Positions 35,421 through 50,500 are shown, counted from the stretch's first letter. The stretch: DNA of 64,000 bases from Azolla caroliniana (GCA_043228905.1 JBHGNT010000021.1:5456001-5520000); one strand, 5' to 3'. Numbers and translations are program-made. The notes: generated by a model not told the origin, from the sequence alone.

Positions 35421-38400
35421 CTCGCCTCGCCCTGCCTCACCGATCCCTCCCCTCCCCATCCCCCTCTCTCAATCCTTGGCATTCAGATCTCATAAATCCC
35501 AATCCCTATCTAATCATATATACAATTCCTTCACTTGGTTTCTTTGCATCCTCATTCCAGGGAGGGAACTCAGTTGTTTCAGTTCATTGCAGCTACATAG
35601 TTTTTATCTCTGGCGGTGCCGCCGTGGCCGCGGCCGCGGCCGAAGAACTGACAGTGACACTCCCAGATGCCGAAAAGCAAGAAAAATAAAAAAAAAGCAA
35701 ATGTTGAAAAGCAACATAGAGGTCTGGTTCCCCTCCTCCTCCCTTAACATCCTATAATTATCATCACATACCCCACTCCTTTCTCCTTCCCCACACCATC
35801 TTCATCATTCATCCTCTTCATCATTCAACAAGACATACACAGTCCTTTCCTATTGCCTATTTTCTTCTCCTTCCTTTTCCCCTTTCCCTCATTGGCTTTA
35901 TTTTTATTCCTTTTCATACAGAATCAAAAAAGCAAAAAAAAAAAAACAAAGAAGCAATATATATATATATATTTATATATATACATACATACATACACAT
36001 ATGTATGCCCACTCTTTTATCTCTCTTTTCAATCAATCTCTTACAATATCCCAACCACCACCACCAGCAGCAGAAGAAGAGGAAGAAGAAGGAGGAAGAA
36101 GAAGAGGAAGGAAGAAAGAAGGAGAAAGTTATGAATACTTTTTATTTGATTTTATTTTGCCATTTGCCATCATATTAATTTGTTTTGAATTCAAGAATAA
36201 TAGTGGTGCTTGAGTGCATACACACACACACACACATGCACACACAAATCCTTCTACCACCCTATTGGACATTTGATTACATGTATATTGGTATGATCCA
36301 TCCATCTATCCATCCATGGCATACACTTGTTATGAGAAAAAGAAACAGATCTTAATGATTCCCTTTTGCATCGTGCGCTTTGGTCGCGAGATCGATTCGT
36401 CCCCCTATCGATCACACATACTCTCATTGCTGTTCTTCCTAAGAATGATCCATCCATCTGAATCGCTTTTGGGTCGATCCATCCACCTATTATCCGTCTA
36501 TCGAACAATCATGCACTATCTCATTGTTCTTATTCCTTAGATCAATCCATTCACATTTCCGTCTATTGATCGATTGATCGATCATGTACTCTCTCATAAT
36601 TTGGTCTTCCTCCTTATATCGATCCATTGACCGATCAATCGATCTCTATGGCTAGCTCCCACACACACTAGTTGGTATTCTTACTTATCCCCCCCCTCCT
36701 TCCTCTTCCAATGTCCTCTTTTTCATAAAGAAGAAGATTGTAATAGAATCATCATTTTTACATTTTTCAGCTATGGTATTATTACCCAATGTTTTTGATT
36801 TGAGAACTGTGGAAAGAAGAAGAAGAAGAAGAAGAAGAAGAAAGATGTCCTAAATATTATTTACCCAAAAAGACAATATATTAATATTATATATGTATTT
36901 TTTTCTACTCTTTATTTAATCAATCTAAGAAAAACTTTTTTTTTTTTTGCTTTTTTGATGCAAATCAATCAAAATAAAGCCCATTGAATCATGTGGTGAT
37001 TCATGTGCTCCTAATGATGTAATGCTTCTCCCCTCCTTTTCAGAATCTGAAAGTTTTTGGGCTATGTATGCTTTATGGGTGCAGCAAATATTGCCCTGCA
37101 TTCAATTGAAAATTATTATGTGGATGGAAAATTGTTGGTGTGGGTATCACATGCATGATGCATGGGATGATTGATTGATCAGGCTTTGGTGTTATTAACA
37201 AATAAATAACACAAGATGGCCACTATGCTAGTTCACATGGGAGGAAAGGGCCATTGGCCACCACACCACCCCCTACACAAGCAAAAGGAAAGGGTTGATG
37301 GGACACCATATCCATCCCCATTGAAAGGATAAAAGTTGCCTCCCACCAAAGCCTGCACTTTCATTCATTCAATTGATTCATTAAAAATCTTTGCTTTTTG
37401 GCACACCATCATTAGTAATCAAAAACACCTAATGCTTTTGAAGAAAAGAAAGTTATTAGTATATATGTACATATGTGTGAATGAATGAATGTATGTAATT
37501 GGCCATTAGCTTGGGATGGTGACTAGAGTTGCATCGATCACATCACCACCGAAGACCCATTTTCTTAACATTGTTGTCCCCTCGAGTATTGCCCAACCAA
37601 TAAATAAACCAATAAATAATGCTTCGATCGGAGCATGGGGATATGTATCGAAAATTATTTGCACTCTCCATGTGTGAAATGGTTTTTGTTCTATAGCTTG
37701 CATTGTTTCTCACAACTTTTTGTCTTGTAAGCGTGGTTATTTAGATGGATTAGTGGAAATGATTACATGGATTAATCTCAAATCCACACAAGACCTCCCT
37801 ATAGATATTGAAAACTAGTATTTATGGGATTCTGAAGAAGAACCCTTTTTTGGACACTCACTAACCATAACCTCTAAATCCTCTAGATACACATGTGACA
37901 AGAACCTAACATTATTTATGTAATTTCGAGTCACCAACTCGAACTTCTTGATGTAACACACGGACAAGGGCGAAAAGAAAGGATGTAGGTATCAATTGAT
38001 GAAATTACATTACTTCATCCTCTATGATTCCGACAATTCTTCTAGTCGACAACCTTGACATTCATTATTTGTAACATGGATATTTACATAAATTGTGTCC
38101 ATTTCAATTTTGTAATCATATGAGACTGATTGTCATCCAATTAGTATTGGGTCATTCGGAACTATTCATGAGAGAACTCTCTCCTTGGATGAATGAATTG
38201 TCTATGTATCATTTACAAATTGAAGCATGGTTCATCACATATAATAATCTCCTCCACTCAACATGCTTCGGTGCAGGCCTTGCAAGGACAAGCCATCCCC
38301 ACCTTTACTTAATTTTCCTTGTTCTTGTAATGTTTTGTTTATTCTTGATTGTATCTTTGACAACATCACATCAATTGTAGAATTAGTTTATGGGAATCCT

Positions 38401-41002
38401 AATGCTAGCCACTTCCCACTTCTAATACTTATATTTTATGTCTCGACCTACTTTAGGTGCTGGTAGTTTATTACAACAACTCCATTTTACTAGTTTGTGA
38501 ATGTTCAAGATTCATAAAAAACTTTAAGCCTTTTCAAATGTGACAATTTGTAGAACTTAGGGCCCTTGGTACAAACCAAAATGTAAGGTTTTTCTCTTGG
38601 CACAAACAACAGGGTTATCTAAAGATTTTGTGAAGTTCAAACGTATATCGAGCAAGTTCATGTGATTCAAGGGTCAAAAGTCTGAACCTTTAAGTATGTG
38701 TACTTCTTTCAATATTACAAAACGGGAGACACCTTTCAAGTGAAAGTTTGTGTTTTGTTCATGTGTTATACATTCACATGAATTGGCGATATCGTTGTTA
38801 ACCTACTCACAATGTCCTTATTGAGCGTACATATTATTATGAATCGAAATACTAATGATAAGCAATGAATATTTAGATTAAGAAGAGAATGGTTTAAGGG
38901 TGTAACCACACCGATCATCCCAAAGCGAAGGACAAGTGATGAACATAAACTATGCCTAGGTGTCCTAGACAATCGACTCTTACCTTATGTTGTACTTTGG
39001 ATGTTGAGAAGACTGGATCTAAAAGAAGAAAGGTAAATTTGCGTCACCAATAAAATCTCAACATCATCTCAAGTTGCTAGTCTCTTTACATAGCCCCACA
39101 CAAACTACCACTTGTCATAGGTCCTTATGGGTTTATCCCTGGTCTTAGTATAACTAGTTTACCATGAATCCTACCCGTAAACCATTAAAATTAGCTTTTG
39201 AATAGGCTCTTAAGATTATGCTTGGTTTTTCTATGCTTGGTGAAAGTTGTAAGTACGAGATATAAAAATTTCCTATATTACCTACTACTTGAATTTCCAC
39301 ACTAATTATTGGTGAAAGTGTGCCATTATTTCAATTCAAGTGTGAAATAAAGAATCTGGTGAATGTGAAAAATTCTGTTCTAAATGTTTTGTGAGCCATG
39401 GTATTCGAACCTGCATCTCTAGATTCCATGGATTTGGTGTTCTATTGTTGGGGGACACTCTAGCTCCGCATATGGTCATCCTACATTGTCCCAATCTGTT
39501 ATAGGGGACCAACCATCATGGCCCCAAACCATTGTGGATGTATACAAAGCCCAAACGAAGGGACATGAAATAATAATGTGGACAAGCCCACACAAAGGAG
39601 CACATTGTTCCTTTGTGGGGAGGGGATATCATAGTAAGCCAATGAGCCTCATGGAGAGTTTTTGCACAATGCATCAGACCTCAAAATCATCGTGTAGAGA
39701 AACTGCATGAGGGGCCTACTTATCGTGTTGTAGCTATTGAACCATGTGTAAATGAAGAAAGTTGATGTCGTCATTTGAAGAACATGTAAATATATTGAAG
39801 ACATACTCACACATGACACAAAACATAAAAGCACACATTAATACAAAGCACAATTAGTCACATGTACTATTCCACATTTATACCCATTAATTCACACACA
39901 TAAATTAAGCCAAACACATACAAATCCCTTTCACTCATATATGCATCATACAAGTTCTCATTTAAGAAAACTTCCACATGTAGATGTGCAAATACACATG
40001 TCAAATCCGTACAAGTTAAATTGTGTGCATTGTGGCACATTAGACACATGCACTAATAGTCATTTAAAATAAAGAACACACTTTCGCATTCGACACACTT
40101 GTGCACCCATTCACACCCACATTCTCTGAAGGAAACTCAAGTGGTTAACCTTGACAAAATCATAATGGACCATCGTAGACCCCTTTTTCGATGGTTATGG
40201 ACCTTGATTGTCCCTCTCACATTTCACACATGCATGGATGTCTTTGATAATGTGAATACATTTGGCGAACAAAAAGCTTAGACTATCGATGTGAACGTAG
40301 TGAAAAAATGTAAGATGAAAAACTAATGAGTTGGTTTATCAACGGCCAATACTACCTTATAAAACTTCCTAACTGTCAAGATGAGTATGTCTTTCTACAA
40401 AGCTTGTATGATGGTCATTGGTAATAATAACCTTAAAAGATTCCACCGTACTTTAGATGCTATTAACTGAAGAAAGATTGTTTGTAGCACCCACACACCC
40501 CAATTGGCTATGCAGTACACAAAAACATACCCACATGCCAAGGCCCTCATATGGGACATGAATGCCCACATTGATCATAATACTATTTGTGGTGGAGCCA
40601 TTCATCATGCACCACCCAAACAACTATTGAAGGGTACTTAATGAGAGGTTTGGACAAGGGCCTTTGGTGGAGCATGATAAAATTCCACCTTGGGCAACTA
40701 GGTTGCCCTCACTAGGAATTTTACTTCGACATACTCCACGCCTTGGCAATATAGCATCGTGGTTGGTTGAACTAGAATACGACCATATGGTAGAGGTCTA
40801 AGTCAAGGAGGATTATCTAGCTTATAGACTTGATGAAATGGAAGTCAATTATGATCGAGAAAAAAGGTAATAAGGTCTTTTCTCCTTATGCGAAGGTAGA
40901 TGCTAACATTTTCGTTGTACATGTTGCCGTGATGTGGTGTATGTGAAAGGAGGAAAATGCCAAAACCCCAAGGTTCTTGTCGATGAGAGATAAAAAGGAG
41001 TT

Positions 41003-41170
41003 GGGAGGGGTTGAACATCAAACCAATAAATGTAGTTAGTTTGACCCTTATTGCCCAACTTCTTTCTTGCTTCCTTACTTTCTTCTTGGAGGGGTTGAAC
41101 ACCAAACCAATAAATGTAGTTAGCTCAACCCTTATTGCCCAACTTCTTTCTTGCTTCCTTACTTTCTTCT
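41003..41170. repeat. 84-bp tandem duplication
   Basis: GAGGGGTTGAACA.CAAACCAATAAATGTAGTTAG... at 41005 and 41089. Confidence 0.9.
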
Positions 41171-41880
41171 TCTTGTTTCCATCATGTTTCTATAAAATAA
41201 TAATACACAACAATCATTGTAGTGACAATAAAAATTAATAATGTTATTATTAATAATAATACTGTGAATTTGGTCTACCATCAAGGATGCTTTGTTTCCA
41301 GGATGCTTGATGGAAGGAAATCAAGCACATGGCAAGCCAAATTTTGGTGCCGATTAGCGAGAAGGCGAGACGGTTGTTGTGGATGTAAGAAGCAATTTCT
41401 TCTGAGCGATAAGGATGAGTGTAGATGGTGTGGGGGTTGAAGAAACAATTATCATGAGTTGGAATTTGGCGGTAATCGGCGAGATGGTTGATGTGGACGT
41501 AAGAAGAATTTTTTGAGGGATAAGGATGAGCGAAGACGGTGTGGGGGGTGAAGCAGAATATTATAAGTACGTATAGGAAATTGTTGAAAACGAGCAGTGA
41601 TTGCCAAGATGGATGTTGTGGAAATGGAAGTTGTTTATTTTTTGAAAGGATGAGCGAGAATGTTGTCAAGGTCATGAGTGGATTGGGATAGCTAATTTTT
41701 TCTTGGTTGTCTATGCAGGAATTTCAAGGAAAATGGAGAGATGGCTGATGTGGACATATTTGCAGCACATTTTTTGTTTTGAGTTTATATAACGATGAGC
41801 GAAGATGGTGGCAGAGGTAGAAGCAAAGTTTAGTGAGGGTATGAGGAGAGTGGATTTTAGTAGAGAACTAGTATTTGCAT

Positions 41881-42345
<465 letters not shown>

Positions 42346-43874
42346 GAAGAAATGGAGTTTTAGCAAATCCGGTTGGAAATGCTTGTAGTCATATAGCCAT
42401 GGTTATATTGTGAAGCCAGGGTGATGAGCGTTTATTTGTATGCTGATCAGCATGCGAGAATGGAAGAAGATGGAGGAACATTGGGTCTAAGCCAATGATC
42501 ACATGAGATGGGAAGAAGAGTCATGTATGTGTGTCCACCGTTCTTTGTAGTCTTCTACTTTGAGTCTTTGAGTTTTTTATTGGCCTATCATGGCCACAAC
42601 TTTTACGATGTTGTCAGACTAATCATTTTCTCATGTATGAAGAATTTATACTAATGAAGAATATTGTTTTGGAAAAAAAAATAAAAAATTGGTCTACCAT
42701 CATTCCACAAATTTTTGTATAACAATTTCATGCAAATCCCTTGGCCAAATTCTATTATACATCATAGGGACATCACACATCAAACTTCATTCTTTACATT
42801 TGAGTGCTTCCAAACATTGTATCGTGAACTCAAGACTTTGATCATATGGCCGAGATACACTAAGATGGCATTAGATCAGTAAAATTCTAGCATTTGGCAA
42901 GTCATCACAATAATAGGAGATCATTCAAATTTTGATGTTCTCGTGTGATTAAAACCTTAATCCATTTAAATTCTGATGGCCAATGTGCCATGATCATAAT
43001 TAAGTCAAGCAAACTTTGTTAGGTCGGTAGAGTGAAAATTCTAGACTTTTTCTTCCTAGAGATAACCCCCCCTCTCCCCCCCCCCCCCCCTTCAAGGATT
43101 AAACAAGAAGAGAGGCCAAGGGGTAGCCTTGTAAATACCCAGAATTGAGGGGCATTTTTTGTGATTAGTTTTCCCCTTATGATGATAGAGAGCCATGGTA
43201 TCTGAATCATAGTATGAACCTTACGTATCATACGTGCATTCATTCATTCGCGAAAGAAAAACACCCCCAAAGAATGATAAATACCATACTTTTGGATTAA
43301 CTATTTATTATGAGGTAGATAAGCCTAAAAATGAAAAAAAAAACATTAAAAAAATGGGGAAAACATTCGCATTCGTTTTCAAACGTAGGAAAACGAATGT
43401 TATACTAGACGAACACGAATTTTACGTACTATGATCTGAATAACCTCTATATACCTTTCTCTGCACCTTTCTCACAGAACAGAGAACACACCATGGCTTC
43501 ACTTCAGGCTTGCTTTCTTTGTCAAGCTTTTTGGAAAGGCAAAAAAAGAAAAGAAAAGAAAAGAATGATGATGATGTTTGATGTGAACGCCATGAGGCTG
43601 TTTCTCACGTGGCTCTGCTTCAGTGTTGTAGCAAAGATAGAGGAATACAGAGACATGAATGCATTTTTTGGAAAGATTACTTGGAAAAAGAATCACTAAT
43701 ATTGGAGGAAGTAGTGCTTCAATTAACATTGATTTCATGAAAGTGTGTATGTTCATTGAGAAAGATTTTACCATACATTTGTTGATGTTTATTGATATGA
43801 ACACCAAAAGAAAAAGGGATTATTCTACGCTTGTAGTGTGGTAGAGAAAGGATCTCTTGAGCAGAACCCTTAAT

Positions 43875-45899
43875 ATGCATGCTAAATGTGGTGCAATGGG
43901 AAAAGCACAATTCCTGGGAAAAGGAAAGAATCATGCTAGTGGTAGATATGGACATCATGAGGCCATTGCTTATGTGGCCTTACTCAAGGACTGCGCAAAG
44001 AGAAAAGAATTGGAGAATGGAATTAAGTTGCACTATGATGTTATGGAGAAAGGGCTACTTGAAAAAAACCTTTATATAGGCAGTGCTTTGGTTAATATGT
44101 ATGCTAAATGTGGTGCATTGAAAAGAGCACAAAAAGTGCTCGATGAGCTTCATGTTCGGAATGTTACATGTTGGAATGCACTTATAGGAGGATATGCTCA
44201 ACAAGGTCGATGTGAAGATGCATTGAACTGTTTTGAACAAATGCAAAGAGATGGAGTTTCTCCTAATACCATAACCTTCACTTACATAATGAAGGCATGT
44301 GGTATCACCCAAGAAGTCAATAAAGGGAGCCTAATTCATGAAGAGATTTTTCGGAATGGGTTGCTTGAAAAGGATATTGTTCTTGGCACCGCCGTTGTGG
44401 ATATGTATGCTAAATGTGGTAAACTAGAAAAAGCACAAAAAGTGCTTGATGGGCTTCCTCATCGAGATGTTTTCACTTGGAATGCACTAATTGCTGGATA
44501 TGCCCATCAGTCACAGAGTGAGGCGGCATTAAACTGTTTCGAACAAATGAAAAATGATGGCCTTTGTCCAGATGTGATCACTTTCACGTGTATCTTGAAA
44601 GCATGTGGCAGCATGGCTGCAATTGATGAAGGGATTCAAATTCATCGTGAGATTGTTAACAAAGGATTTTTGGTAAAAGATACTATCCTGGGCACTGCGT
44701 TGGTAGACATGTACACCAAATGCAGTGAGCTTAGAAAAGCACATCAAGTACTCGATGAGCTTCTTGTTCGAGATGTGGTTACTTGGAACACACTGATTGC
44801 AGGGTATGCTCAGCACGGGCAAAGTGAAAATGCATTGAATTGTTTTGAGCAGATGAAAAATGATGGCATTTCACCGAATACAACAACCATTTGTTGCATC
44901 TTGGAGGCATGTGGCAATATTGGAGCACTTGATAGGGCGGAAAAAATCCATCATGCCTTCTTGAAGAAAGGAGCATTGGAGAAGGATATTGTTCTAGGAA
45001 CAGCTTTGGTGGATATGTATGCAAAATGTGGGAAGCTTGTAAAAGCTCAGCATATACATAATAGCCTCCATGTCCGAGATGCAATCTCCTGGAATGCACT
45101 TATTGCTGGGTATGCCCATCAAGGTCATGGGGAAGAAGCACTAAAAGGGTTTCATCGTATGCAAAATGAGGGTTTCTCTCCCAATGTGGTTACCTTTATT
45201 TGCATCCTTATTGCATGTGGCAACATAGGAGCTATCAATAAAGGCATACAAATTCACAACGAGATTGTTAATAAGGCGATTTTAGGGAGCAAAGAGACGG
45301 TTTTAAGCACTGCCTTGGTAGACATGTATGTCAAATGTGGGGATCTCAGAAAAGCTCAGCAAGTTTTTGATGAACTCCTTATTCGAGATGTTCCCTCTTG
45401 GAATGCATTGATCCGAGGATATGCAGAGCAAGGGCAGGGGGAAGAGGCATTGAAGTGTTTCTTGCGAATGCAAGATCAACATGTTTGTCCTGATGTAGTC
45501 ACTTTCCTTTGTGTGTTGAATGCATGTTGTCATTCAAGTTTAGTGGACGAGGGTCAAATATATTTTGAAAACATGAGCAAGAAATATGGTATTGCACCCG
45601 AAATAGAGCATTACACGTGCATGGTCGAACTTTTTGGCCGTGCCGGCAACTTTCACAAGGCCATGGAAGTTATCAAGAAGATGCCATCTTGTGATTATCC
45701 AGTCTGGCTTTCTCTTCTAAGCTCATGTGAAAAATGGGGTAATGTACGAGTAGGGAGGTTAGCATTTGAGGAAGCAGTACAGCTGGATCATGCTAATGGC
45801 TCAGCATATGCATGTATGATTAATCTGTATTTAACTGCAAACATGTATGAAGAAGCAAACAAGATTGAGGCTATGAAAGTGAAAATAATTGACCTATAA
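43875..45899 (+). CDS. PLS-class pentatricopeptide repeat protein with E domain, no DYW
   Basis: Uninterrupted ORF 43857..45899 with first ATG at 43875. P-L-S triplets, VTFLCVLNACCHSSLV, EHYTCMVELFGRAG and E region. True 5' end is uncertain. Confidence 0.9.
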   Translation: MHAKCGAMGKAQFLGKGKNHASGRYGHHEAIAYVALLKDCAKRKELENGIKLHYDVMEKGLLEKNLYIGSALVNMYAKCGALKRAQKVLDELHVRNVTCWNALIGGYAQQGRCEDALNCFEQMQRDGVSPNTITFTYIMKACGITQEVNKGSLIHEEIFRNGLLEKDIVLGTAVVDMYAKCGKLEKAQKVLDGLPHRDVFTWNALIAGYAHQSQSEAALNCFEQMKNDGLCPDVITFTCILKACGSMAAIDEGIQIHREIVNKGFLVKDTILGTALVDMYTKCSELRKAHQVLDELLVRDVVTWNTLIAGYAQHGQSENALNCFEQMKNDGISPNTTTICCILEACGNIGALDRAEKIHHAFLKKGALEKDIVLGTALVDMYAKCGKLVKAQHIHNSLHVRDAISWNALIAGYAHQGHGEEALKGFHRMQNEGFSPNVVTFICILIACGNIGAINKGIQIHNEIVNKAILGSKETVLSTALVDMYVKCGDLRKAQQVFDELLIRDVPSWNALIRGYAEQGQGEEALKCFLRMQDQHVCPDVVTFLCVLNACCHSSLVDEGQIYFENMSKKYGIAPEIEHYTCMVELFGRAGNFHKAMEVIKKMPSCDYPVWLSLLSSCEKWGNVRVGRLAFEEAVQLDHANGSAYACMINLYLTANMYEEANKIEAMKVKIIDL

Positions 45900-47659
45900 G
45901 GCATTGGTGAAGAGTTCAATTCCCACCCCTCCAATTTTACTTTTTTTTGACAAAAATCTTCTTTGTAAATAAAACTGATGCTCTATCATCCAATTGTGGT
46001 ATAAATAAATGCATCAGTTTCAACAAAAATATGCTTGGAGAAGATACTTCAAAAGATACCCTCTGTAATGTATTTGGAAAATGACAATCATCAAGAGTTT
46101 CTGGCTGATGAATGGAAAGGTCAGCAAACCATCACATTTTTCTCTCTTTTGTTGTATAATTGACTCAAGTCCATAGATTATTGATTGACCTAACATTTTA
46201 ACTTGTATTTCTTGTCATTTATGTATCATGAAGCCGTATACTTAGATCTTATGATAAATTTCTTTATATAGATATATGTACAGTTATCTATTTATTTATA
46301 TTACTTTACTTGATCTTGCTTAGAAATCATAAAATTGACATGATGCAGTTGGTCTACACCATGTCAAAGAATTCAACATGTGCAACATGTTACTTTGAGA
46401 CCCCAAGATGATTTCATTCAAGTTCTCCTAGAAGTGGACATGAGTTAGCTCCATCAATTTACTAAACATGAATAAATGTGTGGTATGAGATTGAAAAGTG
46501 GTTCGGGAATAGAGTGTGGATTGTGGATTGTGTTTTGTGTGTTGGTGGGTGCTAACCCAGTCTAACATCTTTAGTGTCTTTCACCAATAGGATGTAAAAA
46601 TATAGATAAGTTGTTAAAGCTCACAACAACAAATCAAAGGGAAGAAGCAAAGTAAAGATGCATGTGAAAGTGTTGGCCTAGAGTGTTTTTGGTGTTGTTC
46701 ACATTTGAGTTCACTCTTTCACCTTCTTTCACTTTAAAATCATACAACTTTTCGCATCCTTTTGGTTAACTTTTCACCTTTCATTGCATGCCAATGCCAT
46801 GGTAAAGCTCTTGGTTAGGCCTCATCTCATGTTTATTGTAATAGTTTCCCCTAATTTGCATGTAATTATCGATGGTTGAACATAAGTAGTGTTATTTAAC
46901 TCCGAAGAATACATTTATTGATATGAATTACTTAAGGTAGATTAACTCCACAACACAATCATGTTTATTGGTTTGATACAAACTCCAATGAAAAAAACAT
47001 TGATTTATACCTCGTTAGTGAAAAACATTGATTTATACCTCGTTTATTTTGTTAGTGAAAAATAGTCTGTTTTGCTTTCTTGTTATCAACCTAAAATACC
47101 CATCGAATGAAGTAAAAGGCTCATCCCAAATAAATATCGTTCCTCTCGGGTCCTCCCAAAAAATAGACATTTAATTATTTGATGATGATCTAATGTTCTT
47201 CCATAACTTTCAATATGTAGACATTTTGACAGGAATTAAAAATATTCTTTCATTGCTCAAATAGATTGATAAAGAAGAGTTCCTTGTTCTAAAAGTTTGA
47301 CTGGATATTTTTAGAGACGAAGATTTCTGTAAACATCGAAAGTTTCTAGAAGTTCATGGGGATGGTTTTTATAGTTTGAGTGGCACATGGCAAGCGATCT
47401 CAAAAACACTCATGTGTTTTCCAATATACATGACGTGACAAAGGAGAAGTCCTAGTTTGTCTCGCATGGTTGGAAAATGTGTATCCAAATAGAATAGAAT
47501 GTGTATACACAAAAGTGGATAGAATAAGTCAGAAATTTGTCAATTAGTTTCTCTTTATGTATGTTTCCACTAAAGGAAAGCCATAGAATAGAATAGGCGT
47601 TTTATCGTCCATGACGAGGCCAAATTTGACCTATGGAACCCATCAACATAAATGTTGTC

Positions 47660-48445
47660 TGTGACTTGTTCCTAAGAAGGGAGATTACTACTCCATAGTA
47701 AAAACCCCCGATGTGAAAATAATATAGTCGCATTATCATGCCCATCTAACAAAAAACAATTCTTGCGAATTACGTTATATGTAGAGCATGTCATAAGTGA
47801 TGATGCATATCTTCATATTTGGGTGATGATGCCATGATACTACCTCAACATCATCTAGCTTGTGTGAGGAAGTTCGAAGAAGTGTTCAAGCTCTTTGAGA
47901 GCTAAGGCTCATGGGGGTAGTAAGATGAGATTGGATGCGTTCTAGTATTTTTGCCTTGTATGGGAGCTAGCCAACATTGGGAGTTAATATTCGCAATGTA
48001 ATATTCCACTTTCGACATTTCAAGATCTTGCCACTTCATCCTTAATGCATTAGTAACCTATCATTAATAATAATCACATACTTCATAGCATCACCTAAGA
48101 GCTCCAATTCATCTTTTATTCCCCATCTCTTAAAACCATTTCATAATGTCAAGCACCAAACCAAATGAGAAGATTTTGTTCTTATTAGTTTTTGCACATT
48201 ATGTCTTATGTTCCAAGCTTGTTTTAGCAATCTATGATCACACATATTCTTCACTTTTGTATATGCTATAGGATGAGCACCTAATTTTAATAGCATGATA
48301 GGCTAGGATGTTGAGGATTTTACCCCCAATTGTATAAGTAAGAACATTTTTTGGATTTTCTCTATTTCATTCCATGCACTAAGTGAGATAGTGCCACCCC
48401 ACATTTCCACTCCATAAAGCAACACTTAGGACCACCATAGCATTG
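47660..48445 (-). mobile_element. Degenerate non-LTR retrotransposon, same family as 16380-17310
   Basis: Minus strand gives VLLYGVEMWGGTISLSAWNEIEKIQKMFL and LRTSSHKL..VE...WHH. Visible nucleotide similarity to the first copy. Confidence 0.7.
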
Positions 48446-48679
48446 AATAACATAGCTCTCACTTCCCATCCGAATGTACCAAAATATACATTCCATAGTC
48501 ATTCTATTTGAATGACTATGGTCATTGGATAGATGGTATATGCTACTCTATCTTTTGTCCCTCATATTTTTGACATCTATCTTCATCAAAAGTGACTCTT
48601 GATCGTCAATAATAGTTACCTCAAACATGTGACTCTTGATCATCAATAATGCTCTATTGTGTTCGTGTTATATATGAAG

Positions 48680-50500
48680 ATGTAATTGGATATTTATTTA
48701 GCTTGGAGAGAAGATTTGTTTTGGCGGATTACAAACAATCCTTTAGGGTTGTGGTTGATAATATGTCTCAATTCAATGCAAATTGATTCATGAAGGAAAA
48801 GTAACTTAGTAAATAATCAACTAGCACTTGGACACAAAATCAATTTGAATTAGAATGGGAAATTATATATGGCAAAATGGAGGTTGGGAAGATTGGCATG
48901 ATATGGCAAGTGCATGGATACATGGCTTGATTAAACTTTGCCCTAAGTAGATGCTATGCAAAACACTTTTAGATTGGAGACACATATCGCTAGTGCTTGC
49001 AATCTAGAAGTTGATTGCTAAAGTACTCGTGAATAGATTTAAAACATCAATATGGTTTTATACGACAACGACGATGGACAATGAACAACTTTGCAAATGC
49101 GCGAATTGGTGTTGAGTTTGAGAAATACACAAATCAAGATGTTGTGATCATGCAAGTGGATATTGAGAAGGCATTTGATACCATTCAATGGAGTTTTGTG
49201 CAAGCTATCATGCATAAGATGGGGTTCGGTTATAAAAGGTAAGAAGAAATTAATTTCGTTAGGCAAGTTTGTCCCATTAGTACCATACTTTATGTAATCA
49301 CTCACCACTCATCCATTGTTGTCATACACCAATAATCTTGTGACATCAAGTCTATTTAGATGAGTTGCAATTACCCAATGCCCATGTTGATGACTCATGT
49401 TTTATGTCGTGCAATGCTATAGAACATATGCAACGATAATATTTTCTCTCAAACTTGTGTGGTCTTGCTACTAGGTTACATATCAACCAAAACTCTTGCC
49501 CTTGTGTTTATATGATTTACATTGCACGAGTATGGCTAGGCTTATAATTGGTCCAAATAACATAATAAGGCATCTTGGTTACCCCCTTGGTTGGAACACA
49601 AGATGGAAAAAAATAGTTGAATGGGTTTTTGAAGAGTCAAACAAAAGTTGGGTTATTGATGTCTTACCTAAAATACTACTTACCTCTTGTTGACTGGCTT
49701 CAGGACATGTTGTAAACAATATTTTGTGAAATGTTGGATCAATTTTGGTGCTTTAAACATGCGACGAGAGGCCTAACACTTTATCTAAAGGTCACATGTT
49801 GGCGAGGAAAGCCATATTGCTACCCACATTAGTTCCTTGTGGTTGAAGATATTAGTTCATATTTGTTAGTGCATCTTCGATCCATACTTTTAATGTTTGG
49901 TAAATTTGTTACTGGTAATATGTTTGGCATGTTTGATGTTTGTATCCAAGGTTATCCCTTATTAAGCACCAAATTGATCAAAGGTTGGAAGTTAGTTTTA
50001 TGACACCTTTGTGCTAACAATAAGGGCATGCATGTTGGTAACTCAATGAGATGTGAGGAATTTTACTAACTAATCAATTAGTTTGGATGTCACTTTTGAC
50101 TCATTTGACGGATGACATGAGAACTTGACTTCACATAGAATGGTACATATTATTAATAAATTTTGTATAGGTACAAAGTATGTGGTCATTTTCTTAGCTT
50201 CTCGTTACAAGGTCGGGGAGTTTGAGTCTTTTGAACCCTATTGTGATTGTTCTCCTTCTCTGCAAAGTTGGACAAGCATCTTGTGTTTATTTGGACTTGA
50301 AAGCCTTTATTGGCCTTTGAAGTCCAAACAAACATTGCAAGCAACCTCTCCTCTACCTCCTCCTCACTCTTTCTTCCCCCAACACAAACGTGTGTGCACT
50401 CACACGTCTTACATACAAGGGAGAACCAATACAAGTGGTGCAAAGCATACTATGTTGGTATTAATGTCTCATTCAAAAATAGATGGAATGTATGGTTTGA
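48680..50500 (+). mobile_element. Degenerate L1-type LINE ORF2 (reverse transcriptase relic)
   Basis: WRHISLV (~48975), QVDIEKAFDTIQWSF...KMGF (~49155-49230), RQVCPL (~49261), HVDDS (~49385) and IRHLGYPLG (~49565). Boundaries are approximate. Confidence 0.75.

Noticed and set aside
39385-39440. Minus-strand GGTTCGAATACC B-box / tRNA-like fragment
   Set aside because: No clear A box or cloverleaf; at most a SINE relic.
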